From Vulcanimicrobiota bacterium (lineage in GTDB: Bacteria; Vulcanimicrobiota; Vulcanimicrobiia; Eremiobacterales; Eremiobacteraceae): 64,000 nucleotides of DNA. This document shows, in pieces, positions 11,052-20,300 of this stretch (positions are counted from its first letter, which is position 1; each line of letters starts with the position of its first letter). The position numbers and the translations under genes were made by a program. A model generated the notes under the pieces. It had not been told where the DNA came from, did no database searches, and saw nothing but the letters and a program-made list of their open reading frames with translations. Location of the stretch: positions 32,001 to 96,000 of the forward strand of contig CAWETU010000001.1 in assembly GCA_963812135.1 (NCBI GenBank). The letters run 5' to 3'.

Positions 11052-11845
11052 GGCAGATCGGCCCAGCGATAGACGGTCGTGTCGACGCTGAGCAGGTCGC
11101 TTCCCTCGATGAGGAGATCGCGCGGGGTGCGCTCGAGCCCGTTGCGGTCGCGCTCTGCGCTGTTCCACGATCCGCGCGTGAAGAGATAGTGGAACTCGCT
11201 GCCGGTGCGCAAGCGCAGCTCGATGAAGAAATGGATCGCGTCGCGGCGCTGCATCTTCACTGCTTGTGGATTCCAACCACCGGTGTCGGTCGTCATGAAC
11301 ACGTCGCTCGTGAACGGCGTGTTCGGCGGCACTTCGACCGTGATGCGCACGAGCGTGTCCGCGCTGAGCTTGCTGTTGTACTTCGGTTTGGGAGGTTCGA
11401 GCTCGGGATTGGGCTGCGGCGTGGAGGCCTGCACGATGTACTGGCGCGGGACCTGCGTGATCGAAACGCCTTGGGCGATCGGCTTGCGCGAAAAGCGTAC
11501 GGACGTCACTATGGCGTTCGCCGCGTCGAGCGTGGCGATCGCGTAGGAACCGGGCGCAGGTTGGCCTTGGAGCGGCGCGCCGGTGGCATCGTCGAGCAGC
11601 AGCGCGTTGGGTGCCAAGCGCAATGCGTCGCCGCTGGTGAAGACGATGAAGCCGAGCTCGACGTCGATCACTTGACCGTTCACCAGCAGCGGCAATGGTG
11701 TCGGCGACGGCGCCGCGATGTCAGGCGGCGGCGTTTGCGATGCTTGCGGGATCGGCGTCGGGAGCGCCACCACGCCGAGCGGCGACAAACCGACGCACGC
11801 GCACACCGCGACGCCGACGAGCAGGCTTCGAATGCGCGTCTTCAT
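11048..11845 (-). CDS. Secreted protein with Pro-rich linkers and C-terminal CBM20-like carbohydrate-binding domain
   Basis: Signal peptide MKTRIRSLLVGVAVCA. C-terminal VRITVEVPPNTP...GWNP...FHYLFTRGSWNSAERD...RW pattern resembles CBM20-type modules. Confidence 0.55.
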   Translation of the reverse strand: MKTRIRSLLVGVAVCACVGLSPLGVVALPTPIPQASQTPPPDIAAPSPTPLPLLVNGQVIDVELGFIVFTSGDALRLAPNALLLDDATGAPLQGQPAPGSYAIATLDAANAIVTSVRFSRKPIAQGVSITQVPRQYIVQASTPQPNPELEPPKPKYNSKLSADTLVRITVEVPPNTPFTSDVFMTTDTGGWNPQAVKMQRRDAIHFFIELRLRTGSEFHYLFTRGSWNSAERDRNGLERTPRDLLIEGSDLLSVDTTVYRWADLP

Positions 11846-13596
11846 TGCGATGTGATCAAGATCTGGAAGCGCGGGGTCCACGTCTGGCCGCCCCAATTGA
11901 AGAGATACGCGCGCTGCGCGTCGAGGAAGAGCACGCGCGTGATGCGCACGCGCACGTCACCGCTGATCTCGTAGCGCGGCGGGCCGGCAACAAGAGGGAT
12001 CTGTTCGGGCGAGTAGTTCGTCTGCGTCGCGGCGGCGCTGAACTGGAAGTCCGGCGACGGCGTCCAGACCGATGTGAGACCGTACGCGCGGCTCGTGGCG
12101 CGCAGAAAAGGTCCGAGCACCGGCGGCAGCCCGTTGCCGGAAGAGGGCAGCGGAACCACACCCATCGCCTGATTCGGCGAGATGATCGAGAACGCGTCGC
12201 GCGCCGTCGCGCTGTCGATGACGTCCGATCCGATAAGCAGCACGTTGGGCGTGATGCGCCGGCTGATCGTCGCGATGGTCGTCTGCTCTTGCACGATGTT
12301 CGGAAAGCTCAGATACGTCTGGCCGATGGAATATGCGAGATTGATGCCGGTCTTCAGCGGGCCCGGATATGAGGGCGTGAAGAGCGACCCGCCGACGTAA
12401 TAGCTCGAGACGTCGCGTTGGCCGCTGCCGCTCACGCCATACGCGTCATGTGTCATGCCGTATCCCGAGGTGAGCTTGTACGTAAGCCCCGTATGCAGGA
12501 GCTTTTGGTAGTAACCCTGCCATTGCAATCCACTGACAAACGCATGGTTTGGGATCCATGGATGCGACGGATCGCCGTAGTAGCCCAGCGCCGGCTGCGC
12601 GAGCAGGCTCGAGTATTCCTGAGTGAGGTCGAGCAACACCGACGACTGGCGGATGCCTTGGTTGTATTGCACGTCGGCGTAGCCGCTCGACGCGAGCGGT
12701 TGCGATAGTCCGTACTGGTAGGTGAACAGCTGCGTGTTGAGCCGCAGCGCGCTGACGGTCGACAGCCGATCGTACGCGAGCAGATTCCACTGTTTCGGAG
12801 GCTCGGTCGCGGGATTGAGGCTGAAGACCGCATACCCGGCCGGGAAAAGTGAGTGGTGTTCCAGCGACCAGTACGTGCTGATGGGGGAGACCTGATCGTA
12901 ACGGAAATGCAGCGCGTCGAGCGAGACCGGCGATCCGGCGAAATTATAGGGCACATCCAGCGCCGCGCCCGCCAGTGCATTGATGCCGAAATTCGGATTG
13001 GCTGAGAAGTTGTAGGTGTACGGCGGCAACGGCGTGGTCCACAGCGCGCCGTCGAACAACACGAAGGTTGCCGGCGTCATCCGCAAATACGTCGACGCGT
13101 TGATCGTCGCGGAGCGGCCGACGATATATGGCTTCGTGCCCGACACGTCGGGGATGAAAAATGCATCCCCGGGCATCTGGCGGCCCTTCTTCGGATTCGC
13201 ATAGTCGTAGCCGAAGAACGTCCATCGATCGGCCTCGGGCTCGAGCGGCACGAAATACTGCCGTCGGAAGACCAGGAAGTCCGCGAACGCGGCGCCTGAG
13301 AGTACCTCTGTGCCCGTGTGCAGCCGAACATGGCCGGCGACGAGCAGCCGGCGCAGGCCGAGGTTCATGACGAACACATCGCCTTCGATGACCGATCCGT
13401 CCGGCTCGGTGACTCGGACGTCGCCGCGCGCGACGACCATCGCAGCGTCCCCGTAGTACTCGACGCGCCTCGCCGTCACGCGGATCGGCGCGGCCAGTGG
13501 CGCGACGTGCGCGGTCGGGGGACCTGCGGCGACCGCGGTCGCGGGCGCAAACGCCACGAGCAGCGCGGCGACCGCCGGCGGCACGCGCGCTCGCAT
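11842..13596 (-). CDS. Putative outer-membrane protein with N-terminal OstA-like region and C-terminal beta-barrel (LptD-like)
   Basis: Signal peptide, then IRVTARRVEYYGDAAMVVARGDVRV (OstA-like beta-jellyroll pattern), then Tyr/Gln/Ser-rich alternating beta strands. ATG 13596 overlaps the upstream TAA. Confidence 0.5.
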   Translation of the reverse strand: MRARVPPAVAALLVAFAPATAVAAGPPTAHVAPLAAPIRVTARRVEYYGDAAMVVARGDVRVTEPDGSVIEGDVFVMNLGLRRLLVAGHVRLHTGTEVLSGAAFADFLVFRRQYFVPLEPEADRWTFFGYDYANPKKGRQMPGDAFFIPDVSGTKPYIVGRSATINASTYLRMTPATFVLFDGALWTTPLPPYTYNFSANPNFGINALAGAALDVPYNFAGSPVSLDALHFRYDQVSPISTYWSLEHHSLFPAGYAVFSLNPATEPPKQWNLLAYDRLSTVSALRLNTQLFTYQYGLSQPLASSGYADVQYNQGIRQSSVLLDLTQEYSSLLAQPALGYYGDPSHPWIPNHAFVSGLQWQGYYQKLLHTGLTYKLTSGYGMTHDAYGVSGSGQRDVSSYYVGGSLFTPSYPGPLKTGINLAYSIGQTYLSFPNIVQEQTTIATISRRITPNVLLIGSDVIDSATARDAFSIISPNQAMGVVPLPSSGNGLPPVLGPFLRATSRAYGLTSVWTPSPDFQFSAAATQTNYSPEQIPLVAGPPRYEISGDVRVRITRVLFLDAQRAYLFNWGGQTWTPRFQILITSQ

Positions 13597-14993
13597 TATG
13601 CGATCGGCGTGGCGGTTTCGCGCAGTTCGGTGGAAGCGGGTGCGACGGTCGAGGGCTTCGCCACGGGTGCACCGACCAGATCGCCGGCCGCCGCCCCGAT
13701 CAGCAGCCACCACAGCAGGCCGACCTTCGGGAAAAAGAACAGATCGTCGAAGACCTGGTGGAGCAGCAAGCACACCGTCGCGAGCAGCGCGGCGCGCGCC
13801 AACCACGACTTTCGGAGGCCGATCGCGCACTCGCGCAACACGACGACATCGAGCCCGAGCAGCGCGATGAAACCGATGAGACCTTGCTCGGCGAGCGTCT
13901 GCAGCCAGAGGCTGTTGGCGTGCGTTTGCACGTTGGCAAGGCCGACGCTGCCGAGCAAGTGCTCGAAGTTGCCGGCGCCCACGCCGAGGAGCGGATGCGC
14001 GGCGAACATCGTCAGCGCGGCGTTCCACAGCTCGTTGCGCGTACCGACGCCGCCGGGGTCCTGCAGCGGCACTTCTGAGAGCCTGAAGATGTCGAAGAGC
14101 AGCGCGAAGTTGTGAGTCGCCGTCCAGTACCAGCTGAACGCGATCCCAAAACCGAGCACGATGCCGGTCGCGAACGGCAAAGCCGATGCGCGCGCCGCGC
14201 GCCGGTCGATGAACCATAGCAAAATGAAACCGAGCAATGCGAAGGCCACACCCGAGCGCGACAAGGTGAGCGGCAGCGCAAGCGACGCGGCGCAGATCGC
14301 GATCCATCGGATCGCGCGGAGGCGATCGCCGAGCAGCAGCGGCGAGAGGAAGAGCACGGGCAATGCGATCTGCAGGAAGCCACCCAGCTGGTTGGGACCC
14401 TCGAGCGGCCCCGCGACGCGCGGTAGCGGGCGCTCGTTGATCCACACGCCTGATGGCGCGCCACCGAGCAGACCTTGCGCGATCGCGTCGAAGGAAACGA
14501 TCAAGACCGATGCGATGATGCCGCCTTCGAGCCATCGCGAGTCATCCCGTTGCTCGATGATCAAACTGGCGGCGCACCAGAACATCACGAGATACTCGAG
14601 CTGCTTCAGCGTTTCGCGCAGCACCGGACCGAAGAACGAGGCGCCGAAGCCCGAGATCGTGATCGCTCCGAGCACCGCAAGTCCCGCCACCATGATGCGG
14701 CGCGCGCTCGGACTTGCCGGCACCAGCGGTGCGCCGCGCATCACCAAGCCGATCGCGATGCCGATGATCACGACTTTCTCGAGCGTGATGGTCGTGCCCA
14801 TGACGTCGCGATAGAAGGCGAACGGAACAGTGAAGGCGATGAGCGCCGTCGCCCACTGCGGCCGGCGCAGCGCGAGCCATGCCGCGCCGATGCCGGCGAG
14901 CGCGAACAAGACGGCGGAGACGATCGTGAGAGGCGTTTGGTGGATGGTTTGATCGACGACCGGGGGCAGCAACAGGCTGGAAAGACTTACCAC
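13596..14993 (-). CDS. O-antigen ligase / Wzy_C family membrane protein
   Basis: R..GPLEGPNQLGG, TLSRSG, R..LW..AL.MF..HPLLGVGAGNF, HANSLWLQTLAEQGLIG. Confidence 0.85.
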   Translation of the reverse strand: MVSLSSLLLPPVVDQTIHQTPLTIVSAVLFALAGIGAAWLALRRPQWATALIAFTVPFAFYRDVMGTTITLEKVVIIGIAIGLVMRGAPLVPASPSARRIMVAGLAVLGAITISGFGASFFGPVLRETLKQLEYLVMFWCAASLIIEQRDDSRWLEGGIIASVLIVSFDAIAQGLLGGAPSGVWINERPLPRVAGPLEGPNQLGGFLQIALPVLFLSPLLLGDRLRAIRWIAICAASLALPLTLSRSGVAFALLGFILLWFIDRRAARASALPFATGIVLGFGIAFSWYWTATHNFALLFDIFRLSEVPLQDPGGVGTRNELWNAALTMFAAHPLLGVGAGNFEHLLGSVGLANVQTHANSLWLQTLAEQGLIGFIALLGLDVVVLRECAIGLRKSWLARAALLATVCLLLHQVFDDLFFFPKVGLLWWLLIGAAAGDLVGAPVAKPSTVAPASTELRETATPIA

Positions 14994-15691
14994 GCGCCTT
15001 CCCCGCGAAAGACAGCTGGGATCGTGCGCGCGAGGATCCACAGATCGAGTTGCGGCGTCCAATGACGCGCGTACCATACATCCATCGCCATCCAGCGACG
15101 GAACGGCACATTCGCGCGGCCGCTCACCTGCCAGAGGCCGGTGATGCCCGGCATCACGGAAAAGCGCCGCAAATAATGCGGCTCGTAGTTGAGCACTTCG
15201 CGGGGAAGCGCAGGCCGCGGACCGACGAGACTCATGTCGCCGCGCAGCACGTTCCAGAGCTGCGGCAATTCATCGAGGCTCGTGCGGCGCAGCACGGTGC
15301 CGAAGTCGTGCACGCGAGGATCGTCGGCGATCTTCAGCGCAGGCCCGTCGAGCTCGTTGAGGTGCAAGACGTGCTCATGCATGAGGTGCGCGCCGTTGAT
15401 CATCGTCCGGAACTTGTAAAAGCGGAATTCGCGGCCGCCTTTGCCCACGCGCATCTGCGAGAAGAACACCGGACCGGGCGAGCGCAATTTGATGCCGATC
15501 GCGATCAGCGCGTACAGCGGCGCGAGCGCGACCAACAAGAACGCTGACAGCGCGACGTCCATCACGCGCTTGAGGAAGAGCCAGGTTCGTGGGGTATCGG
15601 CGGTCGCAACGACCCAGTGGGCGGAGCTGATCCCTGGCGGCAGAGCCCGTCGCGCGACCTGCGCGGCGGTTCCGGTCGTCGCGACGATCAT
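14987..15691 (-). CDS. Undecaprenyl-phosphate phosphoglycosyltransferase (bacterial sugar transferase, catalytic domain only)
   Basis: KRVMDV, KFRTM, DDPRV, LRRTSLDELPQLWNVLRGDMSLVGPRP, PGITGLWQVSGR. Confidence 0.9.
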   Translation of the reverse strand: MIVATTGTAAQVARRALPPGISSAHWVVATADTPRTWLFLKRVMDVALSAFLLVALAPLYALIAIGIKLRSPGPVFFSQMRVGKGGREFRFYKFRTMINGAHLMHEHVLHLNELDGPALKIADDPRVHDFGTVLRRTSLDELPQLWNVLRGDMSLVGPRPALPREVLNYEPHYLRRFSVMPGITGLWQVSGRANVPFRRWMAMDVWYARHWTPQLDLWILARTIPAVFRGEGAW

Positions 15692-16842
15692 ACGGTCAGC
15701 GGCTCCGGCGGCTCGAGGCCGAACGACTCCATGACGCGGCGTCCGACTTGGGCGTACGAATCCAGATCGCCGAGCGCGACGCCGGATTTGCCGGGCTGGT
15801 AGTCGAGCAACGGTGCGAGCTCACGTGTGTGGTCGGTGCCCGGTGCGGTCGGGTCGCATCCGTGGTCGGCTGTAACGATCAGTCGATCTCCGTCCTTCAA
15901 CCGATTGAGAATCTCAGGCAAACTGCGGTCAAGGGCCTGCAATGCTTTCGCATATCCGTCGGGGTCGCGCCGGTGCCCATACTTCGAATCGAAATCGTTG
16001 AGATTCGTGAAGCAGAAGCCGCCCTGTCCCGCATCTAGCCACTCAAGGGTCCTGGCGATTCCTTCTGCGTTGTCGCCCGTTCGGCTCCCCGCCGCAATAC
16101 CCTGGCAGCAGTATATGTCGCCTATCTTCCCAATGCCGCACGTCGGCACACCTGCCGCGGCCAGCAGATCGAGCACGCTGGGCGAGGGCGGGGCCACCGC
16201 GTAGTCGCGCCGCCCAGCCGTGCGCCTGAAATTTCCGGGCTCGCCCTCGAACGGCCGCGCGATGACCCGGTTGACGCGGTTCGGACCGGTGAGCATCGCT
16301 CGCGCTTGCTCGCACCAGCTCCATAGCATGTCAAGCGGCACGACGCGTTCGTGCGCGGCGACTTGGAATACCGAATCCGCAGACGTGTACAGGATCGGCC
16401 GACCGGTCCGCATGTGTTCCGCACCGAGCTCTTCGATGATCTGCGTTCCTGATGCGGTGCGATTGCCGAGCACGCGCCGCCCGGTGATCGCTTCAAAACG
16501 CTCGACGACGTCGGGCGGAAAACCCTCGGGGTACGTCGGGAAGGGCGTGCGGATGATAATGTTCATCATCTCCCAGTGTCCGGTGATCGTATCTTTGCCG
16601 GCGCTCACTTCGCGGAGTCTTCCAAACGAAGCACGCGGTGAAGCCGTCTGTTCGACGCCGCGAATATCGGTGACGTTGCCGAGACCGAGCGCTGCGAACG
16701 TAGGAAGGTGCAGGCCGCCCACCGCTGCGGCGGTGTTGCCCAGCGTGTTCGCGTTCGAGGAATCGTGGAATTGGGCGGCATCCGGCGCGGCGCCCACGCC
16801 GCCCGAGTCGATGACGAGGACGACGACCGCGCGCCCAGACAA
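15688..16842 (-). CDS. deoB: Phosphopentomutase
   Basis: VIDSGGVG, GKDTITGHWEM, YTSADSVFQVAAHE, RVIARPF, DSKYGHRRD, TADHGCDPT, DHTRE. Confidence 0.95.
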   Translation of the reverse strand: MSGRAVVVLVIDSGGVGAAPDAAQFHDSSNANTLGNTAAAVGGLHLPTFAALGLGNVTDIRGVEQTASPRASFGRLREVSAGKDTITGHWEMMNIIIRTPFPTYPEGFPPDVVERFEAITGRRVLGNRTASGTQIIEELGAEHMRTGRPILYTSADSVFQVAAHERVVPLDMLWSWCEQARAMLTGPNRVNRVIARPFEGEPGNFRRTAGRRDYAVAPPSPSVLDLLAAAGVPTCGIGKIGDIYCCQGIAAGSRTGDNAEGIARTLEWLDAGQGGFCFTNLNDFDSKYGHRRDPDGYAKALQALDRSLPEILNRLKDGDRLIVTADHGCDPTAPGTDHTRELAPLLDYQPGKSGVALGDLDSYAQVGRRVMESFGLEPPEPLTV

Positions 16843-16845
16843 GCG

Positions 16846-17274
16846 CTAGCGCAGGTCGACGGCGATGGTGCGTTTGGCGGTCGCGCCGTCCGTTCGGATC
16901 GCGGTGATCACCACGGTCTGATGCGGGTTATAAAACGGCAGCTCGGGGATCTGCAGACTCGTGCGGAAGATCCCCGGCGCTTGCTTCGGCACGTTGACGC
17001 GCACCGTGCCGACTTGCGCGGTCACTGCGGCGGCGTTGCTCGTGCATACCACTTGCGCCTCGACCTTGTCGCCGCGCCGTGGCTGGGCGGGAGAGAACGT
17101 GACGCCGGTGATCCGGACCGGGTCGGTGTTGGACGCGTACTGCACGCCGGGCGGCAGGGCGTCCGACGCGCGCACGGCCGCGGCGAGCACTATCGCGCCG
17201 GCCGCCGCAAGGGCCGCTGGGATGAGGCGTCGTCTCCACGAGGCCCGTGTCAGGTTGGTCAAGAAAATGTTCAC
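16846..17274 (-). CDS. Small secreted hypothetical protein (beta-rich, possibly Ig-like)
   Basis: N-terminal RRR + hydrophobic stretch + AxA site. Sits 3 bp upstream of deoB. Confidence 0.55.
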   Translation of the reverse strand: MNIFLTNLTRASWRRRLIPAALAAAGAIVLAAAVRASDALPPGVQYASNTDPVRITGVTFSPAQPRRGDKVEAQVVCTSNAAAVTAQVGTVRVNVPKQAPGIFRTSLQIPELPFYNPHQTVVITAIRTDGATAKRTIAVDLR

Positions 17275-17284
17275 CTAGTCTATT

Positions 17285-17352
17285 TGTTCCCGGGCGCGCG
17301 CCCGGGTATGCCCTCTTCTGAAGATAGGCCGGGTCGCGAGCGACCTGGCCAC
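17285..17352. repeat. Intergenic pair of GC-rich hairpins (REP-doublet-like)
   Basis: Perfect 18-bp palindrome CCCGGGCGCGCGCCCGGG (17289-17306) and hairpin GGCCGGGTCGC-GA-GCGACCTGGCC (17327-17350) between divergent genes. Confidence 0.55.
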
Positions 17353-17373
17353 GCGCCGTTTCGGAGGTATTAG

Positions 17374-20300
17374 TTGGCGACGTCGCTTGGTCCCCTCATC
17401 GCGCGCATTGTGACGAACGCATCCGATGCGATCGCCCGCGCCGCCCAAGCGGTCGGCGCGCGTGCGGGCGTCGATGTGACCGAGACAACAGCGGCGGCAC
17501 GCCCGCCGGCAGTCGCAGCGTTGTGGCGCTCGCTTGGCGGCGTGCTCATCGTCTGGTGCGCGACGCCCGACAGCGCTGACCGGTTTGCCAACGATGCTTC
17601 CTTCTATCTCGACGATGCCGGCGACGTCGTGCGGGTGCTGCGTCCGCGCGACCGCGCAAATGCCGGCTTGTTCAATCCGACGGAGCGCAGCGCGCGGATC
17701 GAGACGCTCAGCGCGCTCGCCTCGGGCCAGCCAGGCATTTATTGCTTGCCGCATGCGAGCATGCGCCAGCCGCTGCCATCGCCGCAGCGCTTGCGCGATC
17801 TTTCGTTTGAGTTGCGCGCCGGACAGGACTACGCATGGGAGGATCTGCTCGCACGCCTCGTCGCGCTCGGATACGATCGCGTCGAGATCGTGAGCGCGGT
17901 CGGCGAGTTCACCGTGCGCGGCGGTTTGATCGACCTGTTCCCAGCGACCGCCGATCGTCCGATCCGCCTCGAGTTCTTCGGCGACACGTTGGAGAGCATC
18001 CGCGAGTTCTCGTTGTCGGATCAACGCTCGATCGATTCCATCGATGCATCGCTCGTCGCGCCTTGGAATGAAGACGTGCTGGCCAACGACGGCGCCTTCG
18101 TCGGCGACTACGCACCGTCAGCGCCAGTGGTCGTGGACGACGCCGAAATGATCGTCGCGATCGATCACGGCCTGGCCACCGAACACGACGACGGAACCAT
18201 CGCCGCGGCGGACGATGACGGCTCCACCACTGCGACCACGTCTACACGGGGAACGGCGGGGAACAGCGGGATAGTTTCCCTCCCCGCCTCGGCTCCGGCG
18301 GCTCTCGCCGCCTCCGACGTCCCCGCTCCTGACGCGGTCGCAGTGGTGGAGCCGACACCGTTCAGCCTTGGCGACATCTCGAAGCGTCTCGATGAGCGCC
18401 CGTTCGTGAACTTCGCGACTTCAGCTCCGCGTATCGCTCGTGCCGCAGACTTGACGATGGCCCTGCCGTCAGTCCCAGCACCGATCTTCAATCGCAGCAT
18501 GGAACGCTTCGTCAGCGATGTGCGTGCGCGCGTCGCGGCGGGCGAGCTGGTCGCGATCGCATCGGTCGGTCATCGCCGCATCCGCGAGGTGCTCGACGAA
18601 CACGATGTCGCCGTCTCTCCGCCGCCCAAAACGTGGAAGCGCGGCGACGGCGGCCGTGTCGTCGTGGCTGAAGGCGCGATCGATGCGGGCTTTGAGTTCA
18701 CGCAAGCCGGCATCGTCGTGCTGGGCGACGCGGAGCTGTTCGGACACCCGGCACGCCGTCAGAAGATCAGAGCCGTTAAAGAAGGCGTGCCCATCACCGA
18801 AGCCGATCTCAAAGTCGGCGAGTACTTCGTGCACGCCAACCACGGCATCGGGCAATATCTCGGACTCGAGCACATCGTCGTCAACGACGTCGGGCGCGAC
18901 TTCATGGCGCTCAAGTACGCCGGCGCGGATCGCCTCTACGTGCCGGTCGAGATGATGCATCTCGTGCGCCGCTACGTCGCCGGCGACGGCGCGCCGCCCG
19001 CCCTTTCGAAGATGGGCGGCAGCGATTGGGCCCGCGCGCGATCGCGCGTGCGCGAAGCGGTCGAGAAAATCGCCGAGGGTCTCGTGCGGCTGTACGCGGA
19101 GCGCGAGGCCGCACAAGGTCATTCGTTCGCGCCGGACTCGCCGTGGCAGGCCGAACTCGAAGAGTCTTTCCCCTACGATGAGACGCCGGATCAGCGCGCG
19201 GCGATCGAGGCGGTGAAGCACGACATGGAGCGCCCGCGCCCGATGGATCGGCTCGTGTGCGGCGACGTCGGCTACGGCAAGACCGAAGTCGCGATCCGCG
19301 CCGCGTTCAAGGCGATCATGGACCGCAAGCAAGTCGCGGTGCTCGTGCCGACGACCGTGCTCGCCGCGCAGCACTACCGCACGTTCACCGAGCGCTTTGC
19401 GGCGTTTCCCGTCAAGGTCGGCGTGCTGTCGCGGCTGCGTTCCAAGGCAGAACAGAAAGAGACGCTCGCGCAGCTGGCCGATGGCAGCGTCGATCTGGTG
19501 ATCGGCACGCATCGCCTCTTGCAGCGCGACGTCGGCTTCAAGAACCTCGGCCTCGTCATCGTCGATGAAGAACAGCGCTTCGGCGTCGCCCATAAGGAAC
19601 GGCTCAAAGAGCTGCGCCGTTCGGTCGACGTGTTGACGCTCTCAGCCACGCCGATCCCCCGCACGCTGCACATGTCGCTCGTCGGCGTGCGCGATCTGTC
19701 ACTGATCCAAACGGCACCTATCAACCGCATGGCGGTCAAGACGATCGTGACGTCGACGAGCGACGCGCTCATCGCTTCGGCGTTGCACCAAGAACTCGAT
19801 CGCGGCGGCCAGGTGTATTTCGTCCACAATCGCATCGAATCGATCTATGGCATCCGCGACGCGCTCCAGGCGCTTGCGCCGCGCGCGCGCATCGCCGTCG
19901 GGCACGGTCAGATGAACGAGCACGAGCTTGAAGACGTCATGGTCGGTTTCGTGAACGGCGACTTCGACGTGCTCGTTTCGACCACCATCATCGAGAACGG
20001 GCTCGATATCCCGAACGTCAACACGATCGTCATCAACAACGCCGAGCACTTCGGGCTCGCGCAGTTGTATCAGCTGCGCGGCCGCGTCGGGCGAAGCTCG
20101 CACCAGGCCTACGCCTACTTCCTCTATCAACCGCACCGCGCGTTGTCCGAGACGGCGCAGGCGCGCTTGGAGGCGATCCGCGAGTTCTCGCATCTGGGTT
20201 CGGGACTGCGACTGGCGATGCGCGACCTCGAGATCCGCGGCGCCGGCAACCTGCTCGGGCACGCGCAATCGGGCTTCATCGCGGCGGTCGGGTTCGACGC

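Noticed and set aside
13597..14535. 897-aa ORF suggesting a fusion upstream of the LptD-like protein
   Set aside because: The N-terminal ~310 aa are an Arg-rich shadow frame over the O-antigen ligase. The real start with signal peptide is 13596.
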